This document shows positions 48,463 to 59,661 of a DNA stretch of 64,000 nt, one piece after another. The notes beneath the pieces are model-generated. The model made no database searches, was not told the origin of the DNA, and saw only the letters and a program-made list of their open reading frames with translations. This DNA is from Mustelus asterias (taxonomy: Eukaryota). The translations under genes and the position numbers were made by a program. Location of the stretch: contig NW_027590186.1 of NCBI RefSeq assembly GCF_964213995.1, positions 62,001-126,000 on the forward strand. Direction: 5' to 3'. Position 1 is the first letter of the stretch, and every line of letters starts with the position of its first letter.

Positions 48463-49053
48463 ATGGAGAAACCGTGGAAATGTGTGGACTGTGGGAAGGG
48501 ATTCCGTTACCCATCCAAGCTGGAAATCCATCGTCGTAGTCACACTGGGGAGAGGCCATTCTCCTGCTCTGAGTGTGAGAAGGGGTTCGTTAGGTCCTCC
48601 CACTTGCTGACACACCAGCAAATTCACACTGGGAAAAGACAATTCACCTGCACCGAATGTGGGAAGGGATTCACTCAGTCATCCAAACTGCTATCACACC
48701 AGCGAGTTCATACTGGGGAGAGACCATTCACCTGCTCCGAATGTGGGAAAGGATTCACTGCTTCATCTTACCTGCTGACACATCAACGTGTTCACACTGA
48801 TGAGAGACCTTTTAAATGCTCAGACTGTGGGAAGTGCTTTAAAAGATCTGGTGTACTGATGCGCCATCAATGTGCTCACACTGACGAGAGGCCATTCAGA
48901 TGCAGACACTGTGGGACTGGGTTCAGACAATCATATAACCTCACTGTACATCAGCGAATTCACACTGGGGAGAGGCCGTTCACCTGCTCTGATTGTGGCA
49001 AGGGATTCTCTCAGTCATCCAACCTTCTGAAACACCAACGAATCCACAATTAA
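48463..49053 (+). CDS. C2H2 zinc-finger protein ZNF-G, 196 aa, 7 fingers
   Basis: Intact ORF from MEKPWKC; acceptor TTCCACAG at 48258. Confidence 0.87.
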   Translation: MEKPWKCVDCGKGFRYPSKLEIHRRSHTGERPFSCSECEKGFVRSSHLLTHQQIHTGKRQFTCTECGKGFTQSSKLLSHQRVHTGERPFTCSECGKGFTASSYLLTHQRVHTDERPFKCSDCGKCFKRSGVLMRHQCAHTDERPFRCRHCGTGFRQSYNLTVHQRIHTGERPFTCSDCGKGFSQSSNLLKHQRIHN

Positions 49054-49259
49054 CCATAGTGATCGGATTCTGCTGTTAATCACACTCAGGACTTAAATGT
49101 GTTCATTCGGTCTATTTCTGCTGGAGTTGATGAAATCCAACCCAGTTATAGGGGTTAATATTCTGGATAAAAGTCAAATAAATTAGCTTTGTGTTCAATA
49201 CTGTGCATTGAATCTTTTCAATAACATCAACATAAATGAATTCCTTTTGAAATATATGG

Positions 49260-49506
49260 ATAAAAGCAAATTACTGCGGATGCTAGAATCTGAAACCAAA
49301 AGAGAAAATGCTGGAAAATCTCAGCAATTCTGGCAGCATCTGTAAGGAGAGAAAAGAGCTGATGTTTCAAGTCCAGATGACCCTTTTGTCAAAGCTCAAA
49401 ACACCAGCTTTGACAAAGGGTTATCTGGACTCGAAACGTCAGCTCTTTTCTCTCCTTACAGATGCTGCCAGAACTGCTGAGATTTTCCAGCATTTTCTCT
49501 TTTGGC
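49260..49506. mobile_element. Penelope-like family-2 fold-back, about 100-bp inverted arms
   Basis: CCAAAAGAGAAAATGCTGG...GTCAAAGCT / AGCTTTGAC...CCAGCATTTTCTCTTTTGG. Confidence 0.7.
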
Positions 49507-49654
49507 TCCTTTTGAAATAGCTCCCTTTGTTCTTCCTCCATCTTCACCTCCCACAAATGCTCATGGAGGAGAAACTCATGATCTTCTTTGTTGCTAAGTT
49601 TGAGACAATCCAATCAGCTGCCTCTGCTGCTTCCCTCCCTTTCCATACTCCATA

Positions 49655-50010
49655 GGATTCTTCTGGTGCAGAAGGAGGCCATTTGGCCCAACAAGTCTGC
49701 ACCAACTCTCTGAAAGAACATATTACACAGCTCCCTTTGCCACCACCTCTCCCCCTCCCCCCATCCTGTCCCAATAACCCCATGCACATTTTCCATGCCT
49801 ACTGCACCTAAGCTACACATCTTGGGATGCCAAGGGGCAATTTAGCATAGCCAATCCACCTGACCTGCACATCTATCTTTGGCCTGTGGGAGGAAACTGG
49901 AGCACCCGGAGGAAACACATGGAGACCTGGGGAGAACATGCAAACTCCGCACAGACAGTGACCCAAGCCAGGAATTGAACCTGGGTCCCTGGCGCTTTGA
50001 GGCAGCAAGC
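49655..50010 (-). mobile_element. HE1/V-SINE-type SINE
   Basis: B box, core and tail. Confidence 0.82.
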
Positions 50011-50112
50011 TAATTGACTCGACAAAATCTTCTTTAAGGTTCCCCTTTGTCTTAGCTCTGAACTCAAATCTTACTCTAGTTTCTCTCACCTCCTCTCATG
50101 TCCTCTTAGACC

Positions 50113-50738
50113 TGAAGTGGGAAAAATATACAGAAGAGTACACTTTAAAAATGACTGTCTGGCACATAAAGAGTTAAGACCACAAACAGGCACTGACTCT
50201 GAGCCCAGACAATTACTTAGGATTAAAGACACTCAGACAACTACTTGTAAATTAAAACATGCAGAAATTAGATACTGCAGGAAGCCAATGGAAATAGGGA
50301 CAAAAGGGTCTGGTAAAGAGATTAGCTACAGGTGAGATCGGGAATACAAAATGCAGGAAAACCAATTACTGTAAACTACTGTATGAATGGACCGAAACTA
50401 AAGTCATTGATAGTCACTGACGTAGGAAATGTATCCATTCATAGAACAATGCGATGTTAACATGTTTATGTCTGTATCTGTCTGTATTTGTCTATAACGA
50501 TGTGTTTAATGATCGATCACCTACTTGATTACAATGATGTGATAATGGCTAGATGTCCGGTCCATCTATTGTGTAAAGGGTATAAAGATGGACCGCTCCT
50601 ATTGTCTCTTTGAGAGAAGGTAGCTGTCTCGAAGCACTGCGGAGTGCCAGTGCCTTTTCTCCATGAAGCTTCGTTAAATAAAACTGTATTGTTGAAACCT
50701 TCAAGCCTGATTCACAAAGTGGCATTTTTCCCACAACA
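50113..50738 (+). mobile_element. Solo LTR (626 bp)
   Basis: TG...CA ends; terminal IR TGAAGTGGGAAAAAT / ATTTTTCCCACAACA; 4-bp TSD GACC; TATAAA near 50581 and AATAAA near 50677. Confidence 0.85.
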
Positions 50739-51229
50739 GACCTCAGGGTGGTGCAAGCAGGCACCCTCACCACATTTAAGACGCATTTAGATGAACACCT
50801 GAAAAGCTATAGCATAAAAGGGTACAGACCAAGTGAAGTGCTGGGTGATGGGATTGGAATGGATTGGTGTTTGATGGCCAGTGCAGACACGATGGGTTAA
50901 AAGGCCTCTTTTTGTGCTATCAAACTCTATGAGGAAGGACGGTTGCTGATGTGCTGTCTGGGTGGGTGATATTTGGAGGAGCTGTCTCCCTGGGACTGAA
51001 CTGAAGCATTTTGTAGCAATGTGAGCCATGTAAGCTCTTGGTGACACGTAAAATCTCCTCACTCTGCTGAGTGACACTTTTGTATGTATTTCAGGCAGTG
51101 TGGAGAAAGATCCTGAGTGCACAGCTCAGGAATTTAACAGCCAGGCACTGTGAACTCACTCACAAATCACATATGCCACATTGGAAGTTGAGATACATTT
51201 GACCATGTTCAAATTTTAACCACTGTTCA

Positions 51230-51515
51230 TAGAATCATGGAATCCCTACTGTTCAGAAGAGGCTATTCGGCCTATCGAGTCTGCATTGACTCTCTGACAG
51301 AGTATCTCACCCAGACCCTCTCGTCTGCTCTATCCCTCCAACCCCACACGTTACCATGGCTAATCCATCTAACCTGCACATCTTTGGACTGTAGGAGGAA
51401 ACCAGAGCACCCAAAGGGAATCCACACTGACATGGGGAGAGCATGACAGACAGACAGTCACCCAAGCTGGATTTGAACCCGGGTCCCTGGAGCTGTGTGG
51501 CATAACTGCCGTTCC
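51230..51515 (-). mobile_element. HE1/V-SINE-type SINE
   Basis: Core and tail. Confidence 0.78.
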
Positions 51516-52289
51516 ACTCTTTTTGCTGCTTAATGCTCAGTAACAACATATGGAAGCCCTGGTCAGAGCTGATTGTGTACTGAGGTTATCAATGGGTTTC
51601 GAATGTAAATTCACACACAATGAAGATCAGAATCATGTGAGTTTTTCCTGCTCCACCGTCTGAACCAATAACCGTCTGCACCTATTTACCAAATATAAAA
51701 ATGCTTTATGAAATGAGCAGTTTCCAATAAAATGAGTAAAACCCGAAACCAAAGACCACCAGCATCTCATTCACTTCATTTAACAAAATGGAATGTGTTT
51801 AATCTACTTTGATGACTGTTTTTATCCAGAACGTCATTGACACAGAATATTAGAACATGTTTTTATTTGATGGTGGGCTAATATAACTATCGGGGGATTT
51901 GATATAAACCCTGTCAAACATTACATTTTCAATCCAGCTTTTCAAAGAGAGAATACAGTCGGCAGCAGCTGCGACTTATCGACAGTCAGTGAAAACAGAA
52001 TGTCAGTGAGGCAGTCACACACTGAGACCACACACGAGTCAGAGCCTTTCTACAATATGCTTATTTTAGAAATAAAGAACTTATAAACTTCCCAAGGCAG
52101 CTTTTCCTGCACGTGCAGGAGATGTAACAGCTGCACTTTCACTTCCTCCCAACTCACCATCCAGGGGTTACACATACGTGCCTCAATCCCAAATGTGTCA
52201 AATAGTTTGAAATCACATTTTGGAAGTGGAGGAAGGGAGATTTATTTAAAATAAATTGACACAATACATTTTATATATAGATTCTAAGT

Positions 52290-52500
52290 TTACGCAGAGA
52301 GTGGTTGGGGTGTGGAATGGACTGCCTGCAGTGATAGTGGAGTCAGACACTTTAGGAACATTTAAGCGGTTATTGGATAGGCACATGGAGCACACCAGGA
52401 TGATAGGGAGTGGGATAGCTTGATCTTGGTTTCAGATAAAGCTCGGCACAACATCGTGGGCCGAAGGGCCTGCTCTGTGCTGTACTGTTCTATGTTCTAT
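52290..52500 (+). mobile_element. CR1 3' end
   Basis: TQRVVGVWNGLP and (GTTCTAT)n tail. Confidence 0.75.
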
Positions 52501-52614
52501 AATATCTCCACTGTATGTGGCATCTGCGCTATCTTACACATGTAATGAAGTAAACACGACAAAATTCAACAAAATACAAAAGGTATTGTTACTGAGAGAA
52601 TACATATCATCAAT

Positions 52615-53030
52615 ATTTGATTTAATTTATTAGTGTTGCATGTACTAGGATACAGTGAAAAGTATTGTTTCTTATGTACTAGACAAACAAAGCATACTGT
52701 TCATAGAGTACAGAGGGGAAAAGGAAAGGATACGGTGCAGAATATAGTGCTGTAGTTACAGGTATGGTGAAGGGAAAGATCAGCTTAATATACGGTAGGT
52801 CCAGTCAAAATTCTGATGCAGCAAGGAAGTTGTTCTTGAATTAGTTGGCAGGTGTTTTCAGACTTTTGTATCTTTTTCTCGACAGAAGCAGGTGGAAGAG
52901 AGAAGGTCCGGGGTATGAGGGGTTCTTGATTATGCTGGCTGCTTTCTGAGGCAGTGGGAAGTGTAGAGAGAGTCAATGGATGGGAGACTGGTTTGTGTGA
53001 TGGACTGGGGTACGTTCAGAACCCACAACC
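52615..53030 (-). mobile_element. Rex1 3' fragment
   Basis: Homologous to 13770-14160. Confidence 0.8.
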
Positions 53031-53656
53031 CTTTGTAATATTACTATGTGAATACATCACTAATAAAGGAGTTAGTGAGAGTGAAAGAGAAGGCTCTGAA
53101 AATCAAAGAGTAGCTCTTGAGAAAATCTCAAACCAGTCATTTAAAAATATATATTTTGATGCCCGAAGTAGAACCTTTCAGGCACAGAATTGTAGATTTT
53201 CCACCAAAGAACAATTTAGGATTAAAGTAAAAGTTTATAATTTTGTTGTAACAGAATTCCTGTTGAAAGTTAGAACATAGAAAGCCACAGCACAAACAGG
53301 CCCTTCGGCCCACAAGTTGCGCTGATCATATCCCTACCTCTAGGCCTATCTATAGCCCTCAATCCCATTAAATCCCATGTACTCATCCAGAAGTCTCTTA
53401 ATAGTTCTTGAATTAAAAGAAATGGTGTTGTCAAAAATGGACCCTGAAGCCCTGAAAATTGGTGACATCGCCAGAATATTAAACCCCAGCCAGTCATATC
53501 AGCAGGAACAAAACCACGTATCAATACTAAACAAGATAAACAGCAGCAGTAACAGCAGAATCCAACCCCTGCAGTCACTAATGAACTTGCTGATGTCTCA
53601 GGAACCATTGTGACTGAGTGAATCCCTTCCCACACACAGAGCAGTTAAATGGTCTC

Positions 53657-54562
53657 TTAGTGTGAGTGCATTGGTGAGCCAGCAGGTTGAACCCCAGGCA
53701 CGGAGCAAGTGAACGGCCTCTGCCCAGTGTGAACTCGCTGGTGAGCAGTGAGGTTGGATGACCGATTGAATCCTTTCCCACACACAGAGCAGCTGAATGG
53801 CCTCTCTCCAGTGTGAACTCGCTGGTGTAAAACAAGATTGGATGACTGCCTGAAACTCTTTCCACAGTCAGTGCAGCTGAATGGCTTCTCCTCAGTGTGA
53901 ATTCGTTGGTGTCTCAGCAGGGTGGGTAAAACTGTGAATCCCTTCCCACACATGGAACAAGTAAATGGTCTCTCCCCAGTGTGAATCCGTTGGTGTGCAA
54001 CGAGAGAGGTTGCCTGTCTGAAACTCTTTCCACAGGAAGTGCAGCTGAATGGCTTTTGAGTGTGAATCCGCTGGTGTGACAGCAGGTGGGATGACCCAGT
54101 GAATCCCTCCCCACACATGGAGCAGGTAAAAGGCCTCTCCCCAGTGTGAACTCGCTGGTGTAATGTGAAGTTGGATGACTGAGTGAATCTCTTTCCACAC
54201 TCAGGGCAGGCGAACAGTCTCTCCCCAGTGTGAGTGCGTTGGTGTGCCGTGAGTGCTGAAGAATGCCTGAACCTCTTTCCACAGGTAGTGCAGCTGAATG
54301 GCTTCTCCTCGGTGTGAATTCGCTGGTGTGACAAAAGGCCAGATAACTGAGTGAAAGCCTTCCCACACACAGAGCAGGTGAATGCCCTCTTCCCCGTGTG
54401 AACTCGCTGGTGTAATGATAGGTTGGATGACTGAGTGAATCCTTTCCCACATATAGAACAGGTGAATGGCCTCTCCCCAGTGTGACTGCGTTGATGGTTT
54501 TCCAGCAGGGATGGATAATTGAATCCTTTCCCACAATCTTCACATTTCCACCGTTTCTCCAT
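53657..54562 (-). CDS. C2H2 zinc-finger protein ZNF-H, about 301 aa, 10 intact fingers; frameshifting deletion in finger 11
   Basis: ATG at 54562 (MEKRWKC); ORF ends [16 protein letters not shown]; the original last finger survives in another frame (53578-53660). Confidence 0.78.
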   Translation of the reverse strand: MEKRWKCEDCGKGFNYPSLLENHQRSHTGERPFTCSICGKGFTQSSNLSLHQRVHTGKRAFTCSVCGKAFTQLSGLLSHQRIHTEEKPFSCTTCGKRFRHSSALTAHQRTHTGERLFACPECGKRFTQSSNFTLHQRVHTGERPFTCSMCGEGFTGSSHLLSHQRIHTQKPFSCTSCGKSFRQATSLVAHQRIHTGERPFTCSMCGKGFTVLPTLLRHQRIHTEEKPFSCTDCGKSFRQSSNLVLHQRVHTGERPFSCSVCGKGFNRSSNLTAHQRVHTGQRPFTCSVPGVQPAGSPMHSH

Positions 54563-55004
54563 GGTACCGGTATCCGTGTGTCTCTCGAGGTTGGACAATC
54601 AGTTCAAGTCTTGTCCAAACATTGAACAAATGTATGGTTTTTCCTCACCTTGTATTTTGCAATGTTTTCTCAAGCTGAATAACTGGTTAAAGCTCTTTCC
54701 ACAGTCAGTTCACTGGAACACTCACTCGGGTGTGTGTGTCTCGGTGCTTTTCCAGTCACTGATGTTTGAAATCATAGAAACCCTACAGTGCAGAAGGAGG
54801 CCATTCGGCCCATCGAGTCTGCACCGACCACAACCCCACCCAGGCCCTACCTGTTCTTTTGGAACAGTTGATCATTTATCCTTCCACATTCAAAGACCGA
54901 TGATATTCAGATCCTGATGAATGGAGTTACTCAACCAGAGCTTGATCTGACGTTTCACATCTGCAAATCCTTCGCTTCTGATCTCCTGTAGAAACAGTTC
55001 ACAA

Positions 55005-55600
55005 ACTCCGCTTCTCCGGGACAAACAAGCGCCAAGGCCAGCAATGACACTGCGCATGCTCCACATCACAACGCCCGGGGACTGATTGACGGCAGGTGCG
55101 GGCCAATAGGAAGAGGGGGCGGGGCTGGAGGACGGAGCGGGAGCGGCTGGTCCTCCAACCAATCAGAGTGAATGGGGGGCGGCCAGGTCGGGAGTGGAGC
55201 ATGCGCGGCAATGGTAAGGCGGTTGTGAGCCTGGCAACGCAGCGTGCGGTCTGAGCATGCTCAGTGTCAGTCATAGTGTCGGGGAGGGTGAGGAATGGAA
55301 ACCACGGCTGCGCTGGAAACGGCCTCGGGCCCCGCCTTCCCCGCGGGGACAAGCCCAAGGGCGGCGGGCTCGCGAGCTGCCATCTTACGAGTGTGAATGA
55401 GGGCGCTCAGAGAGGCGGAGCTTCCTCCCCGGTAATGGGCCTGGGTTACCTAGGCAACTATCTTGGGAGACGAAGTGGGTCTGGTTCAGCTGTCCTGCAA
55501 GGGTGGCCATCTTGGTGAGGGTATAGTGAGTGGGCGGAGCTTCTCCCCGTTGCAAGGTGCGGGTTACCCAGGCAACCGGCCGCCGCCATCTTGGAGCGGG
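55005..55600. promoter_or_regulatory. CpG promoter (copy 4) between head-to-head ZNF-H and ZNF-I
   Basis: Core 55048-55206 homologous to copies 1-3; GCCGCCATCTT. Confidence 0.72.
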
Positions 55601-56042
55601 ACAGAGACTGGGATTGACAAATTGGGGAGAGAATATTCCAGAGAAACGAGAATTGTCTGCTCTGAATTTCTATCCTGTACTCATTGTGAGCACTCTTTTC
55701 AAACCATTATCCAGGGGAGGATTTACACAAATTAAAATAAACATCAAAATCTGACAGAGATTTATCAGGAGCTGAATATCATCGACCTCTGCATGAGGAA
55801 GGAGAAATGTTTGTTTGGTCTGTGGGAAAAGATTTCAAACATCAGTGTGACTGGAAAAGCACCGAGACACACACATGAGTGAGAGTGTTCGAGTGAGCTA
55901 ACTATGGAAAGAGCTTCAACCAGTTACTCAGCCTGAAAAACATCACACCATTCACAGCGAGGAGAAACTGTACATGTGTTGTGTGTGTGAACGAGGCTTC
56001 AACTGATTGTCCAACCCGGAGAGACACAAGGGCACCGGCACC

Positions 56043-57312
56043 ATGAAGAAACCATGGAAATGTGGGGACTGTGAGAAGGGATTCAATTATCCATCCCGCC
56101 TGGAAATCCATCAGCACAGTCACACTGGGAACAGCATCACAGAGAGACCGCGGAAATGTGAGGATTGTGGTGAAGGATTCTATTATCCATGTCTGCTGGA
56201 AGTCCATTGACACAGTCACGCTGGGGAGAAGCTATTCACCTCTTGTGTGTGTGGAAAAGGATTTATTAAGGCAGTAAGCCTCATGTCACACCTGCAAATT
56301 CACACTGAGGAAAGACCGTATGGCTGCACATACTGTGAAAGGAGGTTTAAACAGTCATCTACCCTCACTGCACATCAGCAAATTCACACTGGGATGAGAC
56401 CATTCAGCTTCTCCGTGGAAAGAGATTCACCCAGTCCTCCATCCTGTTAATATACCAATCACTCACACGAGGGAGAAGCAATTCATCTGCTCCATATGTG
56501 AGAAAGGATTTACTCAGTCATCTGGCCTTTGGTCACACCACAGAGTTCACACTGAGGAGAGGCCATACCCTTGCTCTGTCTGTGGGAAGGAATTTACTCA
56601 GTTATCTCACCCTGCTAACATACCAGAGAAATCACACTGGGAAGAAGCCACACAGCTGCACTTCCTGTGGGAAGAGCTTCAGGTCTTCATCCAACCTCAG
56701 TACACAGAAGCGTGTTCACACTGGGGAGAAATCATTCACCTGCTCCGAGTGTGGGATGGAATTCACTCAGTCAGCCAACCTAGAAATACACAAGAGAATT
56801 CACACTGAGGAGAAACCATTCAGCTGCACCTCCTGTGGAAAGAGTTTCAGGCAGTTATCCACACTCACTGAACACCAATGCACTCACACTGGGGAGAGGC
56901 CATTCACCTGCGCTGTGTGGGGGAAGGGATTCACTCAGTCAGCCAGCCTCATGTTAAACCAGCAAGTTCACACTGAGGAGAGTCTGTTCAACTGCACTCA
57001 CTGTAGAAAGAAATTCAGGCAGTCTTCCGCGCTCACTGCACACCAGCGAATTCACATTAGGGAAAAATCATTCAACTGCTCCGTATGTGGGAAGGGCTTC
57101 ACTCAGTCATCTGGGCTTTGGTCACACCAGCGAGTTCTCACTGGGGAGAAGCCATTCAGCTGAACTCTCTGTGAAAAGAGTTCCAGATCTTCATCTGATC
57201 TGAACGTACAAAGCGAGTTCACACTGGGGAGAGGTCGTTCACCTGCTGTGTGTGTGGAAAGGGTTTCACTCGGTCAGCCAATCTGCGGACACACCAGAGC
57301 GTTCACAAGTGA
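56043..57312 (+). pseudogene. ZNF-I pseudogene
   Basis: MKKPWKC start, duplicated first finger, stop after LLEVH, several frameshifts, ends HK*. Confidence 0.88.
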
Positions 57313-57764
57313 CTGCAGGAGTTGGATTATATTGTTATTTGCTGTTAAGCACACCTAGGGTTGTTAGTCTATTTTTTATTTGGTTTGTTTCTGCTGGTGT
57401 TAACAGCCCTATTGCAGACAGAACTGTAATATTGTGGATATCCCTTGATTTTTGGGGCTGCTGAGTCCCTATTTAAAAGCACCATCTGTGATCTTTCTCT
57501 CTAACTCAAGAACTCTCGACAGGTATGAGTTTGCAATAAAATTATCAACCTCCACTTGAATTCCATGTTGGTCGTTGATGCAAAATCTACAACTCAGTGT
57601 TGAAATGTTCCATCTCCAATCATTAAATGCTGATTAATCTTTGCTGACGATTCTCACTGACTTAAATATTCTTTACAATGGGAACTCCAGTACATTATCA
57701 AGGTACATTGAACAAAACAGAAAAATATTTCACAGTCACATCAGTAAAATCTTCATCAATCAAC

Positions 57765-58128
57765 ACTGATACTGATGAAACTTGGAAGTCGCTGAGTTCT
57801 CTCATTTCTGACACTGCAGCAGCAACATTTGGTAAAAGTTGCAAAGATGGTTTGAGACCCACTCAGCAGAGATGACATCTGTCATTGAAGCAAAAAGCAA
57901 AACCTACCTGATGTACAACATCAACCCAAAAGCTGGAACACTGTGTCACTTGAATGTAGCCAGGACAGATGTGTAAAAAGCAGAGAGAGATTGTGCAAAT
58001 AATCATTGGATCAGCCTATTTCAAGAAATGCAAATTGTCTGTGGCAACAGAAATCTCTGTGCTGTGTATGATGGGATTAGGAGAGTAGTTGGCCTTCCCA
58101 TCATCAAAGTTGCTCCCCTGAAATTGTC
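57765..58128 (+). mobile_element. RTE-clade LINE fragment (EN-RT linker)
   Basis: WKSLSSLISDTAAATFGK...VIEAK...CANNHW...YDGIRRVVG..KVAPLK. Confidence 0.6.
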
Positions 58129-58159
58129 ACTTGAGCTGGAAAAGGCTATTGATTGCAAA

Positions 58160-58315
58160 CCTACCTCAGTTGATCTTTCTCTACACCCTCGCTATGACTG
58201 TATCACGACATTCTGCACTCTCTCCTTCCCAATGTACGGTATGCTTTGTCTGTATAGCGCACAAGAAACAATATTTTTCGCTGTATACTAATACATGTGA
58301 CAATAATAAATCAAA
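58160..58315 (+). mobile_element. Rex1 3' tail
   Basis: Matches 14000-14160. Confidence 0.78.
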
Positions 58316-58509
58316 CAGACCGCACAGAGAAACTAACTTTATAACAATCAGGATAGAATTAAACACACTGGTATGTTGGGATGTCCTGTGGTTGTGAAAG
58401 GCTCTGTAGAAATGTAAGTTTATAAATTGAAGATTTACGTTCTCTGATCTTGTTATCTGGAACTGAATTGATTTCAGCCACCCCCATCTTGTCATTTATT
58501 AAATTCACT

Positions 58510-59476
58510 TTGGTTCAGACAAGACTTTAACCAATTAAGACAAAGGCAGAATTCTCTGGATAGTAAATTTAAAAATAAGTTTATTCAATGAGAGAGGTTT
58601 ACTGAACAACTTTAAGACATTGGCTTTTATAACTTGATGTGGGTGATCAGTCTGGAAGGTTAACCCTCTCTGGCTCCTTCTTTGACAGGACTTTTTGTGG
58701 AATTCAGCCTCGGGAGTCTGGCTTCTTCTTAGACATTAATTTCCTTGAAACTCAGCCTCGGGACTCTTCAGTATTTGGCCAGCAGGGAAGACCTTTGGAA
58801 CCTCTACTTTTATCCCCTTACATCAGAGTTGGGCCTGTTTAACATGACAATTGGTCAATTTGATGAGATTAATTCAATTGAATCCCCAATATTTACACCA
58901 CCTTTTCTCTTCATCTTATTCAGGAATACAACAGAATTGTTTCAGACTATCCCATTACCTGATTCCATACAATCCCTTGTTCATACAGTTTCAAATATTG
59001 AAGAGTTTGAAGGTCCCTCTCGCCAGTACATTTATCTTCATTGCACATTCTTTACATACACAGCAATAAGCTTTTACATTTTTACAGTAAATAAAACTCA
59101 GCCTTTTACTATAACTACTGATTCATTAATTGCAACTTAATACAATCATGTTAATGGCTGGTGGCTAATTAATACAGGATTCTTTAATTCATTTGGTTAA
59201 TAGAAGATTCACTGGTTCAAAAAGACACACGATGGAAGACAATAGGTTTCTTTCTTATTCACCTTGATCAGACTGAACAATCGACCTTATTCTTGAGCCA
59301 GATTTGACGGAATATAATGTCCTGTAGCTTATCAAAATGAGAGAAGAAATTCTTAGTTTAAACAATTTCTGCTGGTTATGCAGTTTCCACAAGCATTTGG
59401 GTGATTACAGCATTAATTTTTAAAATAAAGCTTCATTCACATGTTAGAGTTTAAGATTGTTTCCTTGACCTTGTTA
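58510..59476 (-). mobile_element. Possible LTR-like element
   Basis: Minus-strand order CCAAT, GATAAAA, AATAAA; related pieces near 45430 and 46440; termini and TSD not resolved. Confidence 0.35.
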
Positions 59477-59661
59477 CTTAGAATGTTCAAGGAACAATAC
59501 AGCACAGTAACAGGCACTTGGGCCCACCAAGCCTGTGCCAATAGAGCTTCTATCTCTCTGTTCACCTCCTGTCTGTCTATCAAGATACACCTTGAACATT
59601 GCTAAGGTGCCTGCTTCCACCCGCTCCACTGGCAGTGCATTCCAGGCACCCAGCACCTCTA

